From: Lophium mytilinum
Taxonomy: Eukaryota
Reading direction: 5' to 3'
NCBI GenBank assembly: GCA_010093605.1
Contig: MU004197.1
Span: 1,116,001 to 1,180,000 of the forward strand
DNA: 64,000 bases
The position numbers and the translations under genes are program-made. The notes beneath the pieces were generated by a model. It saw nothing but the letters and a program-made list of their open reading frames with translations. It had not been told where the DNA came from and made no database searches. This document shows, one piece after another, positions 1 to 10,670 of this stretch; the first letter of the stretch is position 1, and every line of letters begins with the position of its first letter.

Positions 1-223
1 CACGTTCGCCATGCCCGAAGGTAACCCGTGTGTGAATCTAGTTGCTCAGTGATGTCGGTGGAAAGGAGACGCTCATTTGCGTAGAGAGAAGTGGGGTTCG
101 TAATGACGCAGCCTACGAACCCCAGCCTTATTTTAATAAATGATTGTAACTGTTTTTCTATGTATCCACAGTTCCTCATTCGTGCTTCCGCACGTACAGT
201 CCCACTAACTGTTCTGTTCTCAG

Positions 224-1059
224 AGTTGTGCTTTCCGGGGTATTTGCAGAGAGGTGGGTGTGTGCCCTGGAATGGCCGAGAAGCCTAGCCTCTCCCGACG
301 TAACACTTGTGATCTTTTAGGAGGCGAAGAGGCACCAAAAAGAAGAGGAAGCAGCCTGAGTCTAGCAGCCGGTCGGAGCTTGAAAAGCGTAGAGTACTGC
401 AAACCCACCTCTTTCTCAACGACGCAAGGCAAAGTCTCCTCCAGAAGTTCTTCAAAACTACTTCAAGACTACGCGAATCACGTAATGGTGTCAGATACGA
501 GATGGGAGGCGTGGTTGTCGAGTTATTCGTTGTAGAGGTCATAAGGATCCAAAAACTTGAGCAGCTCCTGTGTCGCAACTTTGTTTGGCCGCCGCCGAAA
601 TTCCTCAATCGGGCAACTCTTGGCTATCGAAGAAAGCCACAAAAAGTGTGGAAGACCATAACACCCACCGCTAGATCGATGAACAGGAAGTTTTGTGGTT
701 CCAGAACATCCTCAAATATACTACTGGGCCAGGGGAGAATTGTCCTGGAGTCAGATCTAAGCTGCGACGCGTGGTTGGTGAGCTATTCGTCAAGACACTG
801 AACAACGCCGGACCGCTCGAGGAACCCTCGTTCCCGGCAACGGCGAAACAAAGATGCGAGCGTCTCCTTTTGGCAAGTCTTGGCAGCTTCGACGAGATCG
901 AAAAGTGTGGAGTACCATAACACCCACCGCTAGACCGATGAGGCGGAGGTTTTACGGTTCCAGGATATCCTCAAAAATACTACTTCGCCGGGCAAATCGC
1001 GTCCTGTTGTCGGATTCGGGATGCGAAGTCTGGTTGTGAAGCTATTCGCGGAAAGGTGA
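224..1059 (+). other. Possible spliced gene or pseudogene built from three degenerate ~259-bp units; its 5' part may lie outside the window
   Basis: Intron-like signals at 162-223 (GTATCC..CTAAC..CAG) and 254-320 (GTGGGT..GTAAC..TAG). One frame gives related peptides in each unit (LQKFFKTT..MGGVVVELFV / FQNILKYTT..LRRVVGELFV / FQDILKNTT..MRSLVVKLFA), but units 2 and 3 each start with a frameshift and a TAG. Confidence 0.3.
383..1050. repeat. Degenerate tandem repeat, 3 units, period 259 bp
   Basis: AAAAG(C/T)GT starts at 383, 642 and 901. Units 2 and 3 share ACCATAACACCCACCGCTAG, GGTTCCAG..ATCCTCAAA.ATACTACT and AGCTATTCG. Confidence 0.85.
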
Positions 1060-1176
1060 GGGAGGCTCGAAAAGTCGGAAATGTGTTGCTGCCAAGCCTG
1101 GAAGGTTCTCACGTGCCTCTCAAAGTAGGGAGCAGCTGTGGTTTGCTACTCGGGGGGATGTGATGGTTGGTTGGCT

Positions 1177-2524
1177 TCACTCCCCTTCCTGCATCTCATC
1201 ATTCTCTTGATCTTGCTCCATCTCACGCTCCCTTTCCCGGTCTCGCTCCTCGTCTTCTGCGGAGACAGGGAAGCTGAGATGTTTCCAGTCCTCAATCTGA
1301 CCATCGAATCAGTACTACGCCGCCCGGAACACCATAATCACAGGATTCATAACTCACCTCCTCGATAATGCTCCTCAGCCGATCTCTAATACTCTCCACC
1401 GCATAACTTCCTAACAACAACCTCAACGGAGGATACGCGCAATGCCCGAGCTGCCACACCAGCTCCGCGCTCTTTACCGCGCTCACCGGCTGCCGGTCAT
1501 TCAACCACCCCATAACCCTCTTGGTATGCCCCGCGGGTGAGCTTGCGCCTGCGTACGGCGCGCTCGGCGGCTTGACCCAGAAGTGTCCAAAACGTTTCAG
1601 TTGCTGCTCTTGAGCTCCACCTACGCCTCCCGTCACGTCTGGGGGCTCGTCCAGTCGCACATATCCTGGTTCTACGAGCGTGGCTTTGATATTAAAAGCG
1701 TCGAGTTCATACAGCATGGATTCAATGAGGCCCTCGACAGCGTACTTAGTCGCACAGTAAGGTCCCAGACCTGGCACGCCGAGCGCACCGGAAGTAGAAC
1801 TGAAGATGAGGTAGCGGCCATGGGACTGAGTGCGGAAGTGTGGGAGCGAGAGCTGGATGATGCTGAGCGTGCCCATGACGTTCGTTGCGAACTGGTTGCG
1901 TAGGTCGTAGGAGTCTTGGTCTTCGCATGCGCCTATGACGCCTGTCTCACATATTAGTACACTATACAGGCCTTTTTCCTCGTGGGTACCGGGGCATACC
2001 GTAGCCTGTGCAGCTGCAGATAGGTCGTTAGCGTCATTGTCATCGTAAAGTGCTTCAAAGAGAAGAATAGGCTTCAAGAGAGTACGAAATTGGAAGATGT
2101 ACTTTGCTATTATATCTACGTTCCCCCAGTGCTCGATGCTTTTATCAATGACATTGCGGACCGTCTCCCGGACGCGCACGTCGCACAGCAGACCAAGACA
2201 GTTCCGCTCGTCCCACCGCGACATCTGCTCCTGCGTATTCTCCTGCGACCACCCGACGGCTGTGCACTTATCACCGTGCGCGAGGACCGATTTTGCGAGC
2301 GAGCGACCCATATGGCCTGTTGCGCCGAAGATCTAGAATGAAACATGGACGATTAGCGATTCGTACAAAGAACGTTAAGGTTAGAGCTATGGCTGACGTA
2401 CGATCCATGAAGCTTGCTTTGGGAGATTGGTCTCAGTGGGCGGGTCACAGGTCGCGGGCAGGTGGAGATTGGGATGGTGAGACGCAGCTATCGGGGAGAG
2501 ACTGGTGCTCGCGGCGTCGTCCAT
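1177..2524 (-). CDS. Short-chain dehydrogenase/reductase (classical SDR), 5 exons
   Basis: Spliced model MDDAAST..SWI|IFGATGHMG (Rossmann motif)..IIAN|CTGY|GVIGACED..SSTSG..YCATK (YxxxK)..VEPG..RSIIEE|IEDWKHLSFP..stop at 1177. All introns are canonical. Confidence 0.9.
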
Positions 2525-3016
2525 GGCGGGAAGGAGGAGAGATGGGACGGAAGCGGTGATGTGGGGATTTGAGGTAGAGCTTCGTAGGGCTGAAAGCTTT
2601 GACGAAAAGTCAACCTGCAGAACTTAACACACTTCATATCAAAGGAAAATCACATTGACCTGTAGTAGCTAACGTAATACAACTACTGGAGAGTTCCTCG
2701 TGGATGGCCTTTGGTAGACGGACAATTGGTTCTCCCTATGACATGATTTACATTCCGGTTCGGACATGGAGCATACCAAACATCAGAATATCAACACAAG
2801 CTAATATACACAATCTAGTCTGCGTATGCGTAATTACACTGATTGCGGAATTTCCATGTCTTGTGAAGGAAAATTGTGGAAGAAAGGTGGTGCAGATGGC
2901 CAAGAGGATATTCCTGAACTTGGAGCTTTGACCCATCCTGGGGTCGTCGTTTCGTCACCAACTTTTCATTACACTCGCCTTTCATGATTGCCTTATAACA
3001 CCGCGTCCGGCTTGCA

Positions 3017-4538
3017 ATGGCCGCAGCAAATGGTTTGCATAATCATTCAAAGAACTTCCAACGCCCTGAAACATGCTAACACCTCATAGAACCGCCGCCT
3101 GGCCCTCAAGGCTCCTCGTACGTCCTCCCCCTCCTCCATAGCTCCATATCCAACCCCGCGACTGACCTACCCCAGCCTCTCCTTCACCCAAGGCTTCCTC
3201 CTCGGCCAGCTCTCCATCGCCATCCTCATCTTCTGCTTCATAAAATTTTTCATCTTCGGCGAGCCCCCGCCCGCCGACGAACGCGCCCTCCACCTCTCCT
3301 CCCTCCGCCGCGCTCGCACTCTCGCGCATACCCAGCAGCATCCCCGCTCCGCTTCCCTCCCTCTCCGCCACAAGCACTCCCGTTCAATAATCCGACATCC
3401 CGCCGGCGGCGCAGGCCCATCGCCTACCATTGCCACAATCCTCGCGAAGACGTACTACAACGTGCAGGGCCACCAGCCGGAAAGCCTGGACTGGTTCAAC
3501 GTCCTCGTAGCGCAGACAATCGCGCAGCTGCGAGCAGACGCACGACAAGATGACGCGGTGCTGACGAGCTTGACGGAAGTGCTGAATGGGCCCAGCAAGC
3601 CCGACTGGGTGGGCGAGATGCGCGTCACAGAGATAGCGCTCGGGGACGAGTTCCCCATATTCAGCAACTGCAGAGTCATGCCCGCCGAGGACAGCAAGGT
3701 AGGGTCTAGTGGAGGGAGCAGTGCGGGAGGGGCTGGGGTAGGGTTGGGAGAGGAGAGTAGGCTGCAGGCGCGGATGGACCTGGATCTCAGCGACGTGATC
3801 ACGTTGGGGGTGGAAACGACACTGGTTTTGAATTATCCGAAGCCGCTGGTCGCGGTCCTCCCCGTTGCGTTAGCTGTCAGCGTCGAACGTTTCTCGGGCA
3901 CGCTGTCTGTGTCTTTCATCCCGTCGTCGCCTTCGCCGGCTCCTACAATGGTGACGCCGGACCAGACCGCGGATTCTGGCTCTGCGGAAGGTCGTCCGCA
4001 GACTCCGAACACGGCGCGTCGCCCTACTACCCTCGCTTTCACTTTCCTCGATGACTATCGTCTAGACCTCTCTGTTCGCTCTCTTGTTGGCTCCCGCTCC
4101 CGCTTGCAGGATGTGCCCAAGATTGCGCAGCTAGTCGAGGCGCGCCTGCACGCCTGGTTCGACGAGCGTGTAGTCGAGCCGCGCTTTCAGCAAATTGTGC
4201 TGCCGAGCTTATGGCCGCGCAAGCAGAATACGAGAGGCGGCGAGGAAGAGGAGGAAAGTGCAGAAGATGTGGGCGATGTTGGCGAAGCGGAGGGACAGAG
4301 GCATCAAAGAGAGCAGAAGGACACAGAAAGGAACAGCTTTGTTCCGTCCGCCGCGCCTGGGACGCTGGAGGCCAGGATGCAGGCGGAAGGGGCAAAGATG
4401 CGGGAGGCTGAAGTTAGGGCTGGCAAGAGGCCTAGTGCGAGAGCGGCCAGCGGAGAAGGCATGCGGTGGAGGGGAAATAAGGAGAGTGGGGACTGGAGTG
4501 GGCAAAGGGGTATGCCAGGTGCAATGCCTGGCTTATGA
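3017..4538 (+). CDS. MMM1: ERMES complex subunit Mmm1 (SMP domain)
   Basis: After two short introns: LSFTQGFLLGQLSIAILIFCFIKFFIFG transmembrane segment, HQPESLDWFNVLVAQ, IALGDEFPIFSNCR, SLVGSRSRLQDVPKIAQLVE..EPRFQQIVLPSLWPR. Confidence 0.95.
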
Positions 4539-5494
4539 GGCGTTTGATGTACGGATGGCATTCCACTTCAACGGTCGATCGAAGGGACCGCATGGCTTAG
4601 GCGTTACTTGATGAAGCATAGGGAATGGTCCCTGGAAAATGTAATATAGATCATGTGGCAACGAGCACTCCTCGGGTTTGAGATGCCAACAACTAAGGGT
4701 AATTCAAGGAAAATTTAGAGATAAAGACTACGGACAATCATCAGATCTTCCAATGGCTATTGAGGCAGATCCTGGAGGCATTTTCTTCTGTGAACCGATG
4801 TGTACATTAAAGGCTTTCTCACAGAAAAGGGTTTGGTCAGGAATCGAAGGCAGGGAAGGGCGGCAAGAAAGTGCCCTCGGATCGTGGACTTCGAACCAAG
4901 ACTAGAATTTGAATATAGTGATCACTTTAATTCCAACCCGACCATATCAATTGTATGTGAAGGCATTCCGTTCCAGAACGCCTCGCTATGCCTTCTTCCG
5001 AAAGAGCCCTACCGCCAGGACCGCCCTGCAGTCCCCCTTTTAAGGCCAGCCATTTTCCTAGAACGCAAAACAAGCAAACACCGACCTAAAGTAGTCAAGG
5101 TGTTTGCAGACACTAAGAAGTTCCGCATTCAGGAATGGCAGCAAAAGGTCTTAAGAAGCAGTCAAGTAGGAAAGTGTAGAGTAAGGAGAGAGAGAATCCC
5201 AAAAGCGGAATCCATGATACCGAGCCCACCGTATCCAATGCACCAAATGGCAAAACAAAAACTGAGAATTGATTAAAAGGAAAGTAATTCTGACAAAACC
5301 ACCCAGTACCTGTAATTGGATCGTAGAAAAGAGAAAAAGAGAGGCTCAATCTCAGCTGCTTATGCAAAGACGCTAGGATCTTGAAGCAGAACAGTAGCAA
5401 GGATGAGACAGGGAAAACACGACGTGTGATTCCCAGATCACAACTTCCCAAATCTAGATATGGGGACCTCAGCTCTCTCGTTGCTGGGACTCAC

Positions 5495-7045
5495 TCATCC
5501 CAGAGCGTTCCGCTTCATTGGCGGTGGGGGTGGTGGAGGCTTCTTCGCCCGGCTCGGTGGTGGGGGCGGCGGCGCCTTCTTCCCAACAGCACCTCCGCTT
5601 CTCTCAATCTCACCCGTTGTCCAGCTTGCAGCCCGGCTGGGTATACTGCCATGGCTAGTTGCAGGGCTGGGCGGGCTTTCGTCCCGCGCTCGTCTGCCTC
5701 CATAACCGTTTCTGTCCCCGTTGCTCTCGGCGTGCTCGTCCTCGTACGGGTCTGCAAATGTATCTGCCCGACGTACGGGTCGCAGCTGTGAACGATTTGC
5801 CATTATGATAGAGGATTCGGTGGGTACCCGAGCCAGGCGGGCATTTGGAGCAGGGGACATGTCGCGGCCGGCTAGGCGGGAGGGGCCTTCGAAAGTTTGG
5901 GCTCGATTGGCGGACGGGCGAGAGTAGGCATGGGCCGGCGAGAGATCGCGGTTTGAGCCACGGGTGGGGATCGTCATGCGCGGTTCCGGAAGAGGGGGTT
6001 CTTCTTCGACGGGGTTGTAGCGCTCATTGTAGGCATGGGCCGTGTTGGAGCGGGAGCGTGTGGGCTGGCGGGTGTCGCGAGTTTCGCTATTTTTAAGACT
6101 TCTGTTAGCATACCGATGCGATGAACAGCTAACGATGGGCTTCGCCCTGTGGTGAGGGGAAGGGCGTACCTTTGCGCTGGCCAGTTCCGTTTCAGTTTCG
6201 TCAGGACTTCCCTGCAGCTGTCGTAATATGACAGTTCGGCCTCCAAGAATGCCGTAAGATCTGCCACGCTGTCCACCTCGGCGGCTTTGATGTCCTCCAT
6301 CCGCCTGTAGACGTCCTCGCTCGACTCTTCGTATTTTGCTTTCTGGGACCGCAGTTCCTCCTCGACTCGGAAGTCTTCCTTCTTGGCTTTCTGCATCTTC
6401 GCGAGGGAAGCATCGTAGGCTAGACGGCGGGTTTCAAGCTTCTTTCGGGCAGCCTGTAGAGCGTTAAAGTGCTGCTTATGAAGCTAAGATTCACGAATGC
6501 TGGCCTACCTGGTACTCCTTCATCTGAGCAAGAGAGCGCTCGAGCCCCTCCAGCCAGCTCGAAGTAGCGTTCTGCACGTAGCTCTCTTGTAGGCGAGCTA
6601 TCCTCTCGTTCGCTCTACCAAGGGCTAGATAGTACCATCAGCATAGGCCCCAGCGTAAGCTTACTGCGAAGGGTGTGCTCACAATCAAGGCATTGGCCGA
6701 ATTCTGAGTCGGGCTGGAAGTCCTCGCCGTGGCTGATCATGGTAGAGCCCAGGTATCCGCCGGGCAGCGCCTTCTCGCGGTCGTCGACTTCGTTGCGTTT
6801 CGAGAGCGACTTGACGTACATGTTCATGGACTTGTGGAGCTTCTCCATGCCTGTAGGAGAGCAGAGTTAGCATTGGGACAATCCTCCTCGTGCAACCGAC
6901 GGCGATATGAGCTCGTACCCTCGTGCCGCAGCGTCATCTCCATCTCCAGCTGCTTGAAGTCCTCAGAGGTGCTGGTCTTGGCCTCCCCGCCCATCTTCTC
7001 CCCCGCCCACTGCTTGAGGCGGTCGGCCTTCTTGATGAAATTCAT
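5495..7045 (-). CDS. Fungal BAR-domain protein (endophilin/Mug137-like) with Pro-rich tail, several introns
   Basis: KQWAGEKMGGEAKT..DFKQLEMEMTLRHEG|MEKLHKSM, MISHGEDF..DSEFGQCL, RKKLETRRLAYDASL, EEELRSQKAKYEESSEDV..LTAFLEAELSYY; C-terminal KKAPPPPPPSRAKKPPPPPP. Confidence 0.85.
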
Positions 7046-8076
7046 GGCTGGGTATGGTTGGCTTCAATAGTGAATGTAGCAGATAGGGGAGCAGAGGCCG
7101 AGCTCTGCGGTGGTGCTCGGAGGGGGCGCGCGGTGGAGGAGCGCGGACGTGGCCTGTTTATCACTGGAGGTGGGACGGCACTTGGGCCAGCGCGATCAAT
7201 AACGCCGTGGAGTTTAGGGGCAACAATGGGCCAGTGTACGCGGCTATCACGTGGCGGAGGGTCCGGCAGAGAGAACAGTATGGTGGAGAGTGAAGGAGAG
7301 GGTTCGAGGGTTCGAGGGTTCGAGGTATGCAGCTGTGCAGCTGCTTTTCACTTCTCTCTGGGCCTTGTAAGAAGTTGCCCCTTCTGGCATGGCATGCTTC
7401 CTCTGCCCGCCACCGATCACGGGCGACCTAAGGTTCAGACGCCAACGCTTTCCAGGGGGCCTCCCGTGGCGCGTCTCCACAGCGCCTGGTTCAATTGATT
7501 CTCTCCAATCCATCCTGAAACCTGCGACGCCCCTTCTGCCACCCCTCTGCTACCCCCAGCGCAGCCGTTTCACCTCGCAACCCGCCCGTCTCTGCTCTGG
7601 CGCGCGCTCTCTAACTTTAGAAGCGCATGTTGACCCTTCAGGCGCTCTCTATCAATCGGATGCTGCCGCACACATCCCTCCGGCTCTCACCGGCCACTAT
7701 GCCAGGGGCCACGCAATGGCAGCTTCATGCTTGCCTCTGTTGAGGAACGCCTGTGCTTTGGGCCAGGGGCCTTGGGAGGTGGCAAGTGCTAGTTGTGAAG
7801 AGCGAACGCGGAGTACATAGTAATCATGGGGAGTGCGGCACTGATGTCACTGTAATGGCACTATGACTGCTGTGCAGCAAGTATAGACATCAGAATCCGT
7901 GAAATCACAGGCTTGGCGCGTCTTCTGGCTTTTGGATTTTGTATCACATTGGACCCAGGCTGTATGAAAACCGTGATATGCTACCTGCCTTGTGGCAGGC
8001 CAACTTGGATGCTACCACCGTGAAGAACCCCAAAGCCGCAAAACAGATCCCGGAACCGTGCACCTTCTCATATCCC

Positions 8077-9213
8077 TTAATCCTTCGTCTTTTGAGTACC
8101 ACGGAGCAGACCAGTCCGGCGGGCAGCGATGAGACCAGCCTTTTGACCCTGGGCAGCGTACCGCGAGATTGTCGACGCTTTACCGATATGTTGATGGTTA
8201 CCACCTCCGTGAGGATGGTCGACGGGATTCATGGCCACACCACGAGTCTTGGGCCACGAGTTGCGCTTGACGGCGTACTTGTGCTTAGCACGCGAGGCCT
8301 TCAAGAGAGGCTTGTCCGTCCTTCCTCCACCAGCGACAATGCCAATCATGCCACGAACACTGCTCGACACGACCTTCTTGGCACCAGATGGAAGCTTGAC
8401 ACGGGTCTTGCCCTCGTCGGGGTTGTGGCCGATGACAGTGCAGCTGAAATCCTGTTAGTATATGCGATTACTGCGCTCGAGTGCGGGTGCTTTTACTAGT
8501 TGCCAGATGTGCGGCCCAGCGCGCCTCGGTCGCCAATCTTCTCCTCGACGTTCGACACAACGGTACCTTCAGGGACGCTTCCGAGAGGGAGAATGTTTCC
8601 AACGGTCAAGCTTGCGTTCTTATCCCACAGGTCAGCCCCAAGTTATCCGTGTGTTCATTGCGTGCGAAATACCTTGCCGGAGTAGATGAATTGGCCAGTG
8701 TACATGCCCTCGTTGGCGATCATCTGTGGATGTTAGTAGGGTTTCTATCGGGTCGCGGGGTTGTCGCAGCTTACGGTCTCGGTGTGGAGCTTGAACCTGT
8801 ACGGCTGTGAAGGAGTCAGTCCCATGGAAGTCAAGTATGTTGCGACAAACTCACATCTCTGAAGACCACCTTGCAGAGGGGAGCACCTCGTCCGGCTGCA
8901 CAGACTGTTAGTAGAGATCCTCGGACTGTAGACGGGTCTTCGTACGGTCATGGACGATGTCCTTCACGACACCGCGAATGTAGCCTGTCAATCATTTCAG
9001 CGAAGTCCAGCGCAAGTCGGATTGAAGCCGCAGCGGCTGCCAAACTGACCATGTCGTTCGGCGTAGTCAAGAGTTCGGAATTTCGCAGGCGCCTTGTTCA
9101 GGCGGGTGTGGGCCGTGAATATCGAGCCGCGACCCTTCCTCTGGTTACGGATAACTCGACCTGGAGGGCGTTAGCAGTGCAAGCATTACAGAGGGCGTGG
9201 AAGTCGTACCCAT
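8077..9213 (-). CDS. RPL2: 60S ribosomal protein uL2 (yeast L2 / human L8), 8 exons
   Basis: Spliced: [90 protein letters not shown]. Each of the seven introns has GT..AG ends. Confidence 0.98.
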
Positions 9214-9424
9214 CGTGACTTTGGCTTGACGTTGGATCAGTTGATGGATATTTCGAGGTGGAGGTTTTACGTCGCTTGCATCTGTGGGCCAAGGCCGCAC
9301 GGGCCTCGACTCGAAATGGCCCTAGCGCGATCCAAGCCTTCTCAACATCGGAGCGGCCCTCTGTCGTTGCCTCATCTCTCTCACCCCCCCGCACCATCAT
9401 ACCAGCCATCTTCAAGCACTTTGT

Positions 9425-10670
9425 AGAGCTCGCTCGGTGGCGGAACGCAACCACTGTGGATGACTAGTTGGGCGTGGGGCAGTCCGACTTGTATCGCATT
9501 TTCTGGCTCCTGTGCGTGTGGAGCTCTTTTTTCAATATTGCGTCGTTCATTGTCTTCTGGTAACGCTTTCAATCGTCGAAAGAGATGATTTACTTGGTGG
9601 CGGTCAGAGAGAGCGTGGAAGTCAGGGTTTGCGACCGCGTTTGAGGCCCCTCCTTCTTTTCCTTACCCCAGCACCGAGGGTTACGATCTCACGGCCTGGA
9701 AGGCTTACCTTGATCCGTGTCACAACTGATCGATTCTTATTTCGAGAAAGATCTGCTAGCTCTTGCACTCTTTTTCCTTTGTCAAGCATCTCCAAGTCGT
9801 CGTAATAACATACCACGGAGGAGTAATAGGCGTGATTCACCAAGAACATCACTTTCATTGGCGAAATCATTTTCAACTTCGAACAAGAAATCTACGTTGC
9901 GCGCGCGTGCTACTCAGCATCGCTTTCCCCGCCAAATTTCTAAAAAGAGAATGGGATCAACGGAACTTTTCAGCCCCTCGGGGCGTGTTGCCAAGCACAT
10001 TATGCGAACGCTTCGGAATGCAACACCAAGAATCCTCAAGATGAAGGGCGCGGTATTTTTTACTGAAGCGCTTCATGAATCTTACTATGGGCGGTCGTCT
10101 GCCTCAACGCTGTCTGGTGTAGCCCAGAGAGCTATCAGGCATGCTAAAAACTGTCGCTTTACATATTCTAATAACGTACTAGAGGACCTCACGCAGTACT
10201 AGGCAAGCTCACATGGCATACAGAGAGGTGTAGCTTAGACCAGGAAATCGCAAGGATCCGTGGACTCCCAATCTCTGTTCTAGGGAGCCTGGCTTTTGCG
10301 CGGTCTCCATTGCGCCCGGCCCGCGCAGGAAAACTCCATCACATCCACAATCCAGCCTTCCTCCACAACGAGAATAATCAACAAAATATACATCACTATT
10401 CTATCGCATGATTAAAGAAGCAGTATGCCTCTCTACTATTCCCAGCGCCCTTCTCGTTAGCGTTCTTTGATGCACTAGCCGGAGCAGAACCACACCTATC
10501 AGCACCCGATGACCCGCCCGTAGCTACCGATACACACTCTCGCTAGTGCTTGGAGTTGGGCGCTGAAGAAGTGTTGATGCGTTGCGTTGTGCGCGACGCT
10601 GGAGGATCGTATTTTAGCGGACGGCGGATGTAGAATGCTGCTTTTTTCTCGCGTATATAGCACAGCAATA
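9425..10670 (+). ncRNA. Candidate long structured non-coding RNA, family unidentified
   Basis: More than 15 hand-found helices of 6-13 bp, many nested, with G-U pairs that work only on the + strand. No convincing ORF. See findings. Confidence 0.45.

Noticed and set aside
4678..5451. ORFs of 75-158 aa between MMM1 and the BAR gene
   Set aside because: No motifs and non-ATG starts; the region is the convergent 3' ends of two genes.
7298..7326. (GGTTCGAG)x3 resembling tRNA T-loops or B boxes
   Set aside because: A simple 8-bp tandem repeat with no cloverleaf or A box.
7849..7862. CTGTAATGGC, like the 5' end of fungal SRP RNA
   Set aside because: No SRP helices follow; it lies in the RPL2 3' flank.
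9717..10202. 161-aa ORF inside the structured region
   Set aside because: Non-ATG start and no recognisable motif; the sequence is better explained by base-pairing.
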